From: an uncultured delta proteobacterium
GTDB taxonomy: Bacteria > Myxococcota_A > Polyangia > Polyangiales > JAFGIB01
DNA: 64,000 nt
Direction of reading: 5' to 3'
NCBI GenBank assembly: GCA_963778655.1
Contig: CAVZVA010000005.1
Coordinates: 192,001 to 256,000, forward strand
In this document: positions 1 to 10,900 of the stretch, one piece after another
Layout: every line of letters starts with the position of its first letter
How positions within the stretch are numbered: position 1 is the stretch's first letter
The notes under the pieces: generated by a model
What the model was told of the DNA's origin: nothing
Seen by the model: only the letters and a program-made list of their open reading frames with translations
The model's database searches: none
Made by a program: the position numbers and the translations under genes

Positions 1-20
1 TGAGGGCGCTGTTTTCGGAC

Positions 21-125
21 CACAGGAAGACGAGAAGACGGCAAGAAGTCTGTGCTTCGAAGAGGGGGGCGTCGGCGACCGAGATCCTGAATCTCAATCC
101 CTTCCCGTCTTCCAGCCTTCCTGTG
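21..125. repeat. Inverted pair of a 25-bp REP-like repeat (REPIN-like), 55-bp spacer
   Basis: 21-45 CACAGGAAGACGAGAAGACGGCAAG vs reverse complement of 101-125 CACAGGAAGGCTGGAAGACGGGAAG (21/25 identical). Confidence 0.75.
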
Positions 126-133
126 TCCTGGCC

Positions 134-1150
134 TCAGGCCGAAGCCGCGAAGGTCGCCTCAATCTCGGCCTGCAGCAGGCGGGCCAGCTCCTCCTCGAGC
201 TTGCCCGGGCCCTCGCTCATGCGCTCGATGTTTCGCTGGTAGACGAAGGCGCGCCCCGCGCGCGGCGGCGCGCTGCGCTCGCCCAGCGCATCGAGCAGCA
301 CCGCGGCGCGCGGATCGACTCCGTCGGCGACCACCTCGGCGCCCGGCAGGTCGGAGACCACCACCAGCGCGCCCTCGAGCACCGCGCGCTGCTCCGGCTC
401 CAGGCGCTCGATAGCGCGTCGCAGCTGCCGCTCGAACTGCGCCTGCGACAGGCCCCACTGCGGCCGGGGCGCGCCCAGGTCGAGCTCGCGGCAGCGCAGG
501 AACGCCACGGTGGCGCCGTCGGCCGAGCCCTGCGCGTCGAGCAGCAGGCCCATGTAGTAGTGCACGTCCGCCGCCTCGGGCTCGCGCGCGAGCGCGCGCT
601 CCAGGTGCCGCTTGGCGTCGTCCAGCTCGCCCACCTCGAAGCAGGCCCGCCCGACCAGGAAGTCGAGCCGCGCGTTTTCGAAGTCGCCCTCGGGCAGCGT
701 GTGCAGCACTTTCTTGGCGGCGTCGCGGTCGCCCTGGTGCATGTAAGCGTCGAACTTGAGCAGCAGCGCGTCCGTGACCTCGTCCTCGCCCTCGGCCCAC
801 TCCAGCGCCTCGTCGATCAGGTCGATCGCCGCGCCGAAGTCGTGAAGCGGGTGAATCAGCACCTCGGAAGCGTTGAGCATCGCCTCGACGAAGCTGTCGT
901 CGAGCGCGATCGCCTGCCGGTAGTGCTCGAGCGCCACCTCCGGGTCGCCGATCGCGGCCGACACGTAGCCGAGCAGGTTGTGGGCTTCGGGTGACTCGGC
1001 GTCGAGCTCCAGGCTCTTTTCCGCCGAGCGCTGCGCGCCCGCCAGGTCACCCCGATGAATCAGGTCCCAGCCGCGGTCCAGATGCGCCGAGAACTGGTCC
1101 ATCGGACCCCGATCGGGGCGCTCGCTGTAGTTGCTGTCGCTTTCGGACAT
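134..1150 (-). CDS. Tetratricopeptide repeat protein with C-terminal degenerate zincin-like domain
   Basis: TPR patterns (AHNLLGY..A.EHYRQAIALD; VHYYMGLLL); C-terminus resembles Zincin_1 (VYQRNIER) but lacks HExxH. Confidence 0.75.
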   Translation of the reverse strand: MSESDSNYSERPDRGPMDQFSAHLDRGWDLIHRGDLAGAQRSAEKSLELDAESPEAHNLLGYVSAAIGDPEVALEHYRQAIALDDSFVEAMLNASEVLIHPLHDFGAAIDLIDEALEWAEGEDEVTDALLLKFDAYMHQGDRDAAKKVLHTLPEGDFENARLDFLVGRACFEVGELDDAKRHLERALAREPEAADVHYYMGLLLDAQGSADGATVAFLRCRELDLGAPRPQWGLSQAQFERQLRRAIERLEPEQRAVLEGALVVVSDLPGAEVVADGVDPRAAVLLDALGERSAPPRAGRAFVYQRNIERMSEGPGKLEEELARLLQAEIEATFAASA

Positions 1151-1321
1151 GACTGCGTCTGGCGCCTGCCTAATACGCCATTATGGCCCGTGGATCCAGC
1201 AGCCCCCGCGGGCCCGCGCCGCGCTTCCCGGCGCGCGCGCCAGGGCCCCTGCTTGCCCGTCCGGCGCCGCGACTCTGCGGTCCCCGTGATACAACTGCGC
1301 GCGTGAGAATCCGTGCCCTCG

Positions 1322-2458
1322 ATGGCGGGCGGCGTCTACGGCGGGGCGCTCGCGCTCGGTTGCGTCGCGCTGCTCTATCTGCTGCGCGGCATGCTAGCCC
1401 CCGTCGTGCTTGCGTTCGCGCTCGCCTACCTGCTCGACCCGGCGGTGGACCGGCTCGAGCGCGTGGGCGTACCGCGCAGCGCGGGCATCGCGCTGCTGTT
1501 GGTGGTGGCGCTGGCCGCGTTGGGGCTCGGCCTGGTGCTGGTGCTTCCCGCGGTGATCCACGACATCGCCGCGCTGGTCGCGGAGCTTCCTCCCGCGCTC
1601 AACCGCTTGCTCGAGACGACCCAGCCGTGGCTGGCCGCGCACGGTCTGCCGCTGCCCCGCTCCGGCAGCGAGGCGCTGGCGGCGCTGGCGGCGAACGTCC
1701 AGCAGCTGATGCCCGACGCGGTGGGCGTGGCGCAGTCGGCCGGGCGCGCCTTGCTCGGCAGCACCGCCTCGGCGCTCGGCGTGGTGGCCGCGGCGGTTAT
1801 GGTTCCGGTGCTCTCCTTTCACCTGCTGCGCGACTTCGATTTGATCGTCGCCGCGGTGGTGGAGCTGATGCCCGCGGGGCGGCGAGAGGCGTTGGTCAGC
1901 ATGGGCCGCGACGTGCACGCGGTGCTCGGGCACTTCGTCCGTGGTCAGCTGATAGTGATGGCGATCCTCGCGGTGCTCTACGCCGCCGGCTATTCGCTGG
2001 TCGGGGTGCGCCTGGCGATTCCGATCGGTCTGGTCGCGGGCTTGTTCTCGTTCATCCCCTACGTGGGCAGCGCGCTCGCGCTCGCCCTCGGCCTGTTGAT
2101 GAGCGTGTTGCACTTTTCGGGTTGGGCCCCGCTGGCCGGCGTGCTGCTGGTGTACGCCGTGGTGCAAGCGCTCGAGGGTTTCGTGATCACGCCGCGCGTG
2201 GTCGGCGGCCAGCTCGGCCTGCCCGCGGTGTGGGTGCTGCTGGCGTTGATGGCGGGGGCCGAGCTGTTCGGCTTTCTCGGGGTGATGCTGGCGCTGCCGG
2301 CGGCCGCCGTGGTCAAGGTCTTCGTCGACCGCGCGCTGCGCCGCTACCGCGAATCGGCCCTGTACGCGGGGCTTCCGCCCGAGGCGCCGCCGCGGCCCGC
2401 GCGGCTGCGGTTGCGGCCGCGGCGCGGCGGCACGATCCGGCGCGGAGCCGCGCGATGA
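1322..2458 (+). CDS. AI-2E family transporter
   Basis: LAYLLDPAVDRLE, FIPYVG, QALEGFVITPRVVG, LFGFLGVMLALP motifs; multi-TM; start 1313 or 1322. Confidence 0.9.
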   Translation: MAGGVYGGALALGCVALLYLLRGMLAPVVLAFALAYLLDPAVDRLERVGVPRSAGIALLLVVALAALGLGLVLVLPAVIHDIAALVAELPPALNRLLETTQPWLAAHGLPLPRSGSEALAALAANVQQLMPDAVGVAQSAGRALLGSTASALGVVAAAVMVPVLSFHLLRDFDLIVAAVVELMPAGRREALVSMGRDVHAVLGHFVRGQLIVMAILAVLYAAGYSLVGVRLAIPIGLVAGLFSFIPYVGSALALALGLLMSVLHFSGWAPLAGVLLVYAVVQALEGFVITPRVVGGQLGLPAVWVLLALMAGAELFGFLGVMLALPAAAVVKVFVDRALRRYRESALYAGLPPEAPPRPARLRLRPRRGGTIRRGAAR

Positions 2459-3699
2459 ACGAGCGCCCGGCCATCGATCTCGGCGAGCTGCAGAAGGCGG
2501 CGGCGGTGACGCGCACGCTCGAGCACGGCGATGCCTTGGCCGAGCTGTGCTACGACCTGCTCGGGCGCCAGGCCGAGGGCCAGCGCCTGTTCAGCGGCGA
2601 GAAGTTCGTCAAGGGCCGCGCAAAGGCCCACGGCGTGCAGCGCGACAGCGCCGAGACGCCGCTTGGCAACCTGCTGACCGTGCTCGAACGCGGCCCGGAG
2701 TCGCCGGCGCAGTGGGCGCTGGTCGCCGCGCTCTTCGTGCGCGGCTTCGATCGCGCCGTGCACGCGCAGCGCGAGCAGCGCGCCGCGCTGTGCGCCAAGC
2801 TGGCTGCACATGCAGACTGGCTGGAGCTGTGCTCGCCCTATCGCGTGCTGCCGCTGTTCGATGAGCTGCTCGAGCCCGAGCTGGCGGGCGAGGTGCACGC
2901 CGCGCTCGGAGCGCTGGTGTTGCGCGACGACGGCGAGCGCGATCCCGAGACGCGCGCGCGCAACGCCGGGCGCATCGCGGCGCTGGCCGAGGCGCGCAGC
3001 CCAGGCGCGCGCGCGAGCCTGCAGCGCATCGAGAGCCAGGCGTGCGATGTGTACAGCAGCACGCTGGCCGCGCTCGCGCTGGGTAAGCTCGCCGGCGCCG
3101 AGGCGCGGCCCTGCGTGGTGCGCGGCAGGCTGCGGCGCTTTCCGCCCGGACCGTTTCTGCGCGCGCTGCGCTGGCTGAGCGGCTACGCGCTATTGTCCTG
3201 GGCGCTACGCTCGCTGCTGGCGGGCCTCGGCTACGCGCGCGAGGCCGAGGTCGAGCTCGGCGGCGACGCCATCCGCCTGCGCGGGACCACCTTCGTGCTC
3301 GGGCGCAAGGTGCACAGCGTGGAGCAGGTGCACCCGCTGCTTCGCTTGCGCTCGGCGCGCCGCGCCACCCGCTTTCCGTCGCTCTACTTCCTGCTCGGTG
3401 CCTCGTGCTTCGCGCTCGGCGTGCTGTTTGGCGGGGTGTTCGCGTTCGACGCCGCGCGCACCGGCGATCGCGCGCTGTGGTTGATCGCGGCGGCGCTGGT
3501 GCTGGCCGGCAGCGGCCTCGACCTGGTGCTCGACGTGCTGATCCCCGGAGGCCAAGGGCGGGTGGCGCTCGACCTCGATCTCGGCCGCCCCCACCGCACG
3601 CGCGTCTCAGGCATCGCGGTGGAGGAAGCCGACCGCTTCTTGCAGGAGCTGTCGCGGCGACTGACGCGGCCGGAGGGCGCACGCCGTGCCGTGGCTTAA
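2455..3699 (+). CDS. Hypothetical membrane protein
   Basis: ATG overlaps upstream TGA (ATGA); strong GC3 bias; C-terminal hydrophobic helices; upstream part of ORF 1183.. is shadow. Confidence 0.75.
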   Translation: MNERPAIDLGELQKAAAVTRTLEHGDALAELCYDLLGRQAEGQRLFSGEKFVKGRAKAHGVQRDSAETPLGNLLTVLERGPESPAQWALVAALFVRGFDRAVHAQREQRAALCAKLAAHADWLELCSPYRVLPLFDELLEPELAGEVHAALGALVLRDDGERDPETRARNAGRIAALAEARSPGARASLQRIESQACDVYSSTLAALALGKLAGAEARPCVVRGRLRRFPPGPFLRALRWLSGYALLSWALRSLLAGLGYAREAEVELGGDAIRLRGTTFVLGRKVHSVEQVHPLLRLRSARRATRFPSLYFLLGASCFALGVLFGGVFAFDAARTGDRALWLIAAALVLAGSGLDLVLDVLIPGGQGRVALDLDLGRPHRTRVSGIAVEEADRFLQELSRRLTRPEGARRAVA

Positions 3700-4366
3700 G
3701 GCGCGCTTCAAGGAGAGCGAGGTGTTCGCCCGCTGCGACGAGCATGGCCGCCTGCTGGCGCAGGGCGGCCGAGTCGAGATCCGCTATCGCGAGAACGACA
3801 GGCGCGCCTACCACGCGGCGCTGCGCAACCTCACGCCGCTCGCCGCGGGCGAGGTGCTGCCCGACGCCACCTGCGTCGATGCGCAGCCGGCCGCGGGCTC
3901 GCGCGGCGCGCGCGCCGCGGTCGCGCTCGCCCCGCCACCTGCGGGCGCGGTGGTGGTGTATGCGGACGGTGCGTGCTCCGGCAACCCAGGTCCCGCGGGC
4001 GTGGGCGTGGTGATGCTGGACGGATCCGGCCGGCGCGAGCTCAGCCACTACCTGGGCGAGGGCACCAACAACATCGCCGAGCTCAGCGCGATTGCGCTCG
4101 CGGTGGAGGCGCTGCCCGATCGCACGCGAAAAATCCGCATCTATACCGACAGCCAGTACGCGATCGGGGTGCTGACCAAGGGCTGGAAGGCCAAGGCCAA
4201 CACCGAGCTGGTCGCGCGCGTGCGCGCCCTACTAGGGACGCTGCGCGACGTCGAGCTGTGCTACGTGCCGGGCCACAGCGGCGTCCCGCTCAACGAGCGC
4301 GCCGACGCGCTCGCGGTCGAGGCGGTCAAGCAGCGCGATTCGAGCGGCTGGGTCGATCTGGGCTGA
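3686..4366 (+). CDS. rnhA: Ribonuclease HI with N-terminal extension
   Basis: YADGACSGNPG, TNNIAEL, YTDSQY, VPGHSGVPLNERADALA. Confidence 0.92.
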   Translation: MPWLKARFKESEVFARCDEHGRLLAQGGRVEIRYRENDRRAYHAALRNLTPLAAGEVLPDATCVDAQPAAGSRGARAAVALAPPPAGAVVVYADGACSGNPGPAGVGVVMLDGSGRRELSHYLGEGTNNIAELSAIALAVEALPDRTRKIRIYTDSQYAIGVLTKGWKAKANTELVARVRALLGTLRDVELCYVPGHSGVPLNERADALAVEAVKQRDSSGWVDLG

Positions 4367-6737
4367 GGGGCAGTACGGCGGCGGCCGGCCAGGTGTGGCG
4401 TGCGGCCAGCGCGAGCAAGAGCAGGGCGAGCAAGGCGGCCGTGGCCAGCGTCACGCGCTCGCCCGCGAGCTTGCCGGCCACGGTGAAGTGCATGCGCACG
4501 ATGTGCTCGCCGGTCGCGACGCGGAGGCCTCGCAGCAGGTAGTCGGTACGCAGCAGCGCCTGCGGGCGGCCGTCCACCGTCGCGGACCAGCCGGGATCCA
4601 TGCGGTCGGCCAGCACCAACAGGCCGGGGCGCAGCGCGTCGACGTCGAGCGCCAGGTCGTCCGCGCTGCGGGAGAGCCAGCGTACCGTGCCGGGCGGTGC
4701 GGCGGAGGCGGCCGGCAGACCGACCTCGGCGTCGACCACGGCGACCCGCTGCAGGTCGAGCTGCGGCAGCCTTCGCAGCGCCGCGGCGGGGGCGAGCCGC
4801 ACGGCGCCGCCGACCAGCCACGCGCGCGGGTGCGCGCCCGGGCGCTCGCGCACCTCGTAGCCGCCGCCGCGGGCGACCAGCGGCAGCGAGCGCCAGCGCG
4901 CGGGCCAATCCTGCGGCCGCGCGACGATGCGCCGCACCGCGGCCAGATCGAGCAGCCAGTCGGGCGGGTCCACCGGCGCCAAAGCGTAGTGCTTTTGCCG
5001 CGCGAGGTGACCGATGTCGGCCCGCGCGAGCAGCTTCAGCAGATCGCCGGGCACGAGCTGGTTGTACCCGCGCAGGTCGTCGTAGTCGGCCGCCTCGCCC
5101 CAGTTCAACAGTGGAACAATCTCGGGCAGGCCGTCGCCGCGATAGACGTGAACCAGCACGCGCCCGGGGGCCGCCTGGGCCAGCGCGCGCGTGACTGCGG
5201 GCGGCGGGAACGCCTGCGCGGCGGGCAAGGTCTGCCGATACGGCAGCCACTGCAGGCCCAGGTCGAGCAGCGTGAGCGCGAACAACAACACGCTGGTCCA
5301 GCGTCCGCTGGTCCGGCCGCGCAGCCACGCGTCGAGCAGCAGGCCCGAGCAGAGGAGCAGGCCCGCGGCCTTGCCGGCCGCCCAGCGCACGGTGTCATGC
5401 GCGTGCGGCACGGTGAGGGCGTCGAGCAAGGGCCCGGCCGCAATCGCCACCGTCAGGCAAACCGCGCACAGCGGCGCCCACAGCCAGCGCAGCAGCCGGC
5501 GCGCGCGCTCGGGCTGCGGCGGGCGCTCGTTTGCGGCGATCCGGCTCAGCAGCAGGCCGACCGTGGTGGCTGCGGCGAGCGCGCAGAACCACGAGTAGCG
5601 AGCCGGGCAGCGGAACAGTCGCCATCCGGGCACCGCGACATAGGCCAGGTAGAAACCGGGCAGGAAGCGGCCGCCGCCCACGACGAAGCAGCCGCCCGCG
5701 AGCGTCAGCAGGCTGCGTTCGGGCTCGGCGCGCCTGCGCCAGATCAGCGCGAGCGCGACGAGCAGGAGCGGCGCGATCCCCAGGTAGATGGTCTGCTCGT
5801 GGTAGTTCGCGGCGCCGAAGTAGGTGTGCGCCATGTCGTTGCCGTAGAGATCGGGCACCACGAGTCGGGCCCAGCTCAGCGGATGAAGCGAGTAGGCGCC
5901 GGCAAAGGCCAGCGTCTCTTCGTGGCGTGTGCTCTGCGGCAGCTGCATCACCACCGGCAGGTACTGGACCGCCGTCAGCCCGGCGAAGACCGCAGCGCCC
6001 GCCGCGGTGCGCCAGCCGAGCGCCCACAACGTGCGCAGTCTTGTGCCCGCGGTTTGCAGCGTCCACACGCCGACGCCGAGGTAGCAGGCCACGAACAGCC
6101 ACGTCATGTACGCGCCCTGCGGCGCGCCGCCCAGCGCGCCCGCCGCGACCACCAGACCGAGCCCGATCGCCGGCACCAGCGTGCGCTCGACCAGGAGCAG
6201 ATCGGCGAGCAGCGCGACCCATGGGATCATGCACATGCTGGCGAACAGTTGCGGGTGGCGGAAGCGCACGATGTACAGACCACCCCACAGTCCGACCAAC
6301 ACGGTTGCCGCCGCGCCAATCGGCGTGGCGCCTCTGCGCAGCGCGAAGGCGTAGAAGCCAAGCGCGGCGACCGTGAGGTAGACGGTGAGGTAGAGGGCCA
6401 GGCCGGTGCTCGCCCCGAGCCCGAGCTGGCGGGCGAGCGCGCGCACCGGCTCGTAGGCGGCCGATTGGGGGTCGCCGGCCAGGCTCATGCCGAGAAAGGC
6501 GTGCGGGTTCCAGCCGGTCGCGCCGCTGCGCATCAGCAGCTGCTCGCGCGGGAAGTATTGGGCGGCCAGATCTTGATAGAAGAGGGTCTCGCCCAGAAAG
6601 AGCGAACGCCGCAGGACCAGCAACGGTATGCATGCCAGCACGGCGATCGGCCAGTGTCGTCCGAGCAACGACCATGCCGCCCTGGGCTTGGCGATGTGAC
6701 TGGAGTTGCGCAACCGGCGGGCCCTCGTGCGGGCCAC
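4326..6737 (-). CDS. YfhO-like GT-C membrane glycosyltransferase
   Basis: Multi-TM; D...YFP, WNPH.FLG.....DPQ, FRCPARY; C-terminal LVLADRMDPGWSATVDG..LLRG; start approximate. Confidence 0.8.
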   Translation of the reverse strand: MARTRARRLRNSSHIAKPRAAWSLLGRHWPIAVLACIPLLVLRRSLFLGETLFYQDLAAQYFPREQLLMRSGATGWNPHAFLGMSLAGDPQSAAYEPVRALARQLGLGASTGLALYLTVYLTVAALGFYAFALRRGATPIGAAATVLVGLWGGLYIVRFRHPQLFASMCMIPWVALLADLLLVERTLVPAIGLGLVVAAGALGGAPQGAYMTWLFVACYLGVGVWTLQTAGTRLRTLWALGWRTAAGAAVFAGLTAVQYLPVVMQLPQSTRHEETLAFAGAYSLHPLSWARLVVPDLYGNDMAHTYFGAANYHEQTIYLGIAPLLLVALALIWRRRAEPERSLLTLAGGCFVVGGGRFLPGFYLAYVAVPGWRLFRCPARYSWFCALAAATTVGLLLSRIAANERPPQPERARRLLRWLWAPLCAVCLTVAIAAGPLLDALTVPHAHDTVRWAAGKAAGLLLCSGLLLDAWLRGRTSGRWTSVLLFALTLLDLGLQWLPYRQTLPAAQAFPPPAVTRALAQAAPGRVLVHVYRGDGLPEIVPLLNWGEAADYDDLRGYNQLVPGDLLKLLARADIGHLARQKHYALAPVDPPDWLLDLAAVRRIVARPQDWPARWRSLPLVARGGGYEVRERPGAHPRAWLVGGAVRLAPAAALRRLPQLDLQRVAVVDAEVGLPAASAAPPGTVRWLSRSADDLALDVDALRPGLLVLADRMDPGWSATVDGRPQALLRTDYLLRGLRVATGEHIVRMHFTVAGKLAGERVTLATAALLALLLLALAARHTWPAAAVLPLSPDRPSRSNRAA

Positions 6738-6871
6738 CAGCCCGGCTCGATCCGCTCATGCGCTGTACTCGATCACGCGGTGGAAACAATGACCGGCCCG
6801 CGCTATTTGCGCGACGCGCGCAGAATCGTCGCAAAGCCGGGCTGGTTAGCGAGTGGAGGCTTACGTGAGGC

Positions 6872-7813
6872 TTACGTGTCCGGCTGCGTCGCCGCGATGT
6901 GCTCGGCGGCTTCTCGCAAGGTGACGAGCTGGTAGCCCGCGCCGCGCAGCACCCAGATCGCGCGCTCGAGCGCCCTGCGCTTGTCGTCCAGGTTGCGGCG
7001 CAGGTCACGCTGGTAGGGCGCCAGCGCCTGGAGCCCGTCCTGCTCGGGGTCGGCCAGATCGATGCCGTGCAGCTCGAGGTTCACCAGCGGACGCCCCACG
7101 ATCATCTCGGTCAGACGGGCGGCGCCACGCTCGCCCGCGAGCACCAGCGGGGTACCGTAGTAGGGCAGCCGGCCGCTGCTCTCGCGCGTCACCCCGATCG
7201 GCAGCTCGAGCAACCCCGTGCCCTTGCGGTAGTACGGGCGTCCGACGCGGTATGGGTCGGCGGGCGCGCGCAGCATACGCGGGTCGTCCACGATGCTGTG
7301 GCTGCGGCGCCCGCGCAGGCCGATCACCGAGATCGCGACCGCCTTGGCCGCGTAATACACCGGACACGGGAACACGCTGGAGTCGTATTCGACCCCCAGC
7401 TGCTGCAGCTGCTCGAACACGGCGTCGGTGATGGTGTAGCCGGGCGCGCGAAATCCCCGCGGCCGCTCGGAGGTGACGGCTTCGATCGCCGCCATCCCAC
7501 CCGCGATGTCCGCCCGCCGCTCGTCCTCCGGCCGGCGCGTGAGGTCGTAGCGGTGGTGCAGGCTGTGGTTGCCGATCTCGTGGCCTGCCGCGTGCAGGCG
7601 CGCGACGGTCTCGCGTGCGCCGGGATCGGCCAAATCATCGCCGACCACGAAGAAGGTGGCGCGCAGGCCCAACGCGTCGAACAGCGCCTCGAAGCGCGGC
7701 ACGGCCTTGCGGTACACGGCGTGCGCGCGCGCCTCGTCCGGCGCGGGCAAGCCGTAGATCGCCGTGTAGCAAGGCACTTCGTCCAGGTCCACCGAGAGCG
7801 CAGCCAGGCGCAT
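6872..7813 (-). CDS. Polysaccharide deacetylase family protein
   Basis: SVDLDE, ATFFVVG, HEIGNHSLHH, GFRAPGY, YDSS motifs. Confidence 0.9.
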   Translation of the reverse strand: MRLAALSVDLDEVPCYTAIYGLPAPDEARAHAVYRKAVPRFEALFDALGLRATFFVVGDDLADPGARETVARLHAAGHEIGNHSLHHRYDLTRRPEDERRADIAGGMAAIEAVTSERPRGFRAPGYTITDAVFEQLQQLGVEYDSSVFPCPVYYAAKAVAISVIGLRGRRSHSIVDDPRMLRAPADPYRVGRPYYRKGTGLLELPIGVTRESSGRLPYYGTPLVLAGERGAARLTEMIVGRPLVNLELHGIDLADPEQDGLQALAPYQRDLRRNLDDKRRALERAIWVLRGAGYQLVTLREAAEHIAATQPDT

Positions 7814-7907
7814 GACAGTGCGCCCACACTACACCGAGGACCGCCTCAATGGATCCGCCCTCGTGCCTCGGAGCCCGAGTCCCTCGACACGGGGGTCGTG
7901 CCGGTGA

Positions 7908-10900
7908 CTAGGCCGCGGGCGGCTGCGAGTGAGTCGCCAGCCGGTCGGCCATCTCCTCCAGCCCCGGCACGAACAGCCGCGCGACGCGCCGCGGGTTGAG
8001 GATGCCGCGCTGGCCGAGCTGCTGCTCGGCCAGCTCGACCAACCGCCGGCCCTCTGCCGACTGCAGGATGTGTCCCTTGGCGCGCTGCGCGACTAGCACG
8101 GCCAGGGTCGGCTCCGGGCTGCCCGTGAGCACCTGCTCGAGCGCTTCCAGCGCGTCGGCCGCGTTGCCGCGCGCCATGGCCAAGCTCGCCTTGGTCAGCA
8201 GCACGTCCTGCCTGAAGCAGGGCAGGCCGATGCGCGAGGCCTCCTTCAAAGCCGACCGCGCGCGGTCCAGGAACGCGCGCCCGGTGTCGCCGCCGGCGCG
8301 CGCGATGATCGCCAGCCGCGCCCGCAGCAACAAGACCTGGACCCGCTGTAGGGGTGCGGCCGCCATCGGCGTGGTGAAGAATTCGTCGAGCAGGTAGTAC
8401 GAGGCGCGGCAGCCGTCCGCGTTGCCTCGGTAGAGCTGAATCAAGCCCCGCACCAGCTCGTAGGTCAGCAGGGTCAAGCTCGCCGGCGTGCTGCCCGCGG
8501 CTTCGAGCGCCGCGTCGAGCGTGGTGAGCGCGGCGTCGGCCTCATCGGACACCAGGAAGGCCGTGACCAGCGGCATGCGCAGCCGCGAGCTGCTGACGCG
8601 ATCGCCGCGGTCCTCGGCTTCGCGCACCCAATCCTTCAGCAGGTGGAGGTCTTCGAGCTGTCGTCGAATCAGCAGCAGCTGCGCCATGACCATGCGGCTG
8701 AGTCGCATCTCGAAGGCGCCGCCGCTGCAATGGTTGCGGTACAGGTCTTCGGCCTTCTGCAGCTCGTGCAGGGCCGGCTCCAGGCGGCCGTTCTCGTACA
8801 CCGACAGGCCCTTGGCGAACGCGATCACCGCGTGCGCTTCGACTTGATCGAGGCGCCGTGCCACCGCCTCGGCCACGTCCAGCGCGCCGGACGGCGATAG
8901 CCGCGACAGGCGGCTGAAGGGCACGTCGATGTGCACGTGATAGAACGCCAGACCGCGCACGATCCGCAGCGGCTCGCCCAGCTCGAGCGCATCGAAGACG
9001 TAGCGCGCCAGCAGCGGCAGCGGGCGATCGAGCTCGTGCAGCAACAGCCCGCGAGTGACGCCCCACAGCAGGTCGAGCCGACTCAGCTCGCGCTCGTCGC
9101 ATTGGGCCGCCGGGCGCTGGTCGAAAGCAAAGCCGCGCCCGCGCAGCTCGCGCCACATGTGCGCCACCTGCGAGAACGCCTCTTGCCGCGAGCCCGCCAG
9201 GCCCACGCCCAGCGCCGGTAAGGTCTTCTGCAGCAACGCGAGCCCGTCGTCGAGCTCGCCCGAGAGCAGCTGCTGCACGCCGGCCAGGGCGGTCAGGCGC
9301 GTGGCCTCCGCGGGGTCGTCGGCGGCGCGCGCGGCTTCGACGTAGGCGCGCGCCGCGGCCGGCCCGCGTCCGGCCGCCACCAGCGCGCCGGCCCAATGCC
9401 GCAACAGCTCGCGCCGCTGCCGCGCCTCCGGACAGTGCTCGGCTGCGATGCCGTACAGCCGCGCGGCCTTGTCGAAGGCCAGCGCCTTTTCCGCTTGGGT
9501 GGCCGCGCGCGCCGCATACAGGCTGGCGCGCTGGTGGTCGCCGGCGCCCAGCAGGTGCTCGGTCAGCGCCTCGAGGTCGCGCGCGCCGCTGGCCTCGAGC
9601 GCGGCCGCCAGGCGCCGGTGCCAGCTCGCCAGTAGCTCAGTGCTCATCGCGCCCGCCACCGCCTCGCGGATGGCGTCGTGGTAGACCTCGACCGCGCGCA
9701 GGCTGTGGCTCGACACCCCGCGCACCAGCTTGGCTCCGCGCAGCTCCGCCAGCGCGGTCGGCAGGTCGATGTTGAAGGAGGACACCAGCGCCAGGATCAC
9801 CTCGGGCACGGGCCGACCCGCGACGCTGAGCAGCTCGAGCAGCGTGCGGGCGTCGGTGGAGAGCGACGCCAGCCGCTGGTCCAGCACGCGCTCGAAGTTG
9901 ATCAGACCCTTGGCGGTTTCGGGCGATGCGCGGCCCGAGGCGCGGCGCTCTTCGACGTGGCGCACCAGCTGGGTCAGCACGTGGGGGTTGCCGCCCGATT
10001 CGAAGCCGATCTTGCGCGCGCCCTCCTCGCCGGTCTCCGGCCCGAGCAGCTCGCGAGCCAGCGTGAAGCTGTCCTCCGGGCTGAGCACGCCGATCGGCAG
10101 GTTGCGCACGTGAACGCCGCTGCCGGCCTGAACCTGCTCGAGCAGGGCCTTGAGCCCGGGGCTCTGCTCGCTGTCTCCGCTGCGGTAGGCGCAGATCAGC
10201 ATCAGCGCCGGGCGGTCGTTGCCGGTGACCAGCTCGCCGAGCAGCTTGGCGCTGTCGACGTCGCTCCACTGCAGGTCGTCGATATATATCACGAGCGGCT
10301 CGACGTCGGCGATGCGCCCGAACATCTCCTTGAGCGCGCGGAACGCGCGCTGGCGCAGCTCCTGGCGCTCGAGCGGCATCGCGCGCGTCCTGCGGTCGCG
10401 ACGTACCACGTCGACGCGTTTGAGCACCGGAAACAGCGTGGCCAGCGCCTCCAGATCGCGCGGCAACACGCGCGCGGCGTCGACCGCAGCCAGGCGGCGC
10501 AGGTAGCGGCTGAGCGAATCGATCACGTTGTCGAACGCCTTGAAGGGCACCGACTCGCGCTCGTAGCAGCGCCCCTGCAGCACAATCGCCTGCTCGGCGT
10601 CGGCGATCTCCTCGATGAAGCGGTGGACCAGCGAGCTCTTGCCGATGCCCGACGGCCCCTGCAGCAGCAGGACCACGGGCTGGCCGCCTTCGGTCACCGA
10701 GAGCGCTGCGTGCAGCTCGCGCAGCTGAGCCTCGCGGCCCACGAAGGTCGGGCGGCGCGCCTTGCTGGTCGTCTCCGCGGGCACGGGCAGCGAGGCCGCG
10801 CGCTTGGAGCGCAGCGCGCGCAGGATCGCCGCGCCGTCGGGACGTTTGCTCGGGTCGCGCTGCAGCAGCTGCATGCACAGGGCGTTCAGGTCGTCGGGCA

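Noticed and set aside
21..125. The purine-rich REP family as the substrate of the RAYT at 46142
   Set aside because: No sequence similarity to the motif that actually flanks the RAYT; treated as a separate family
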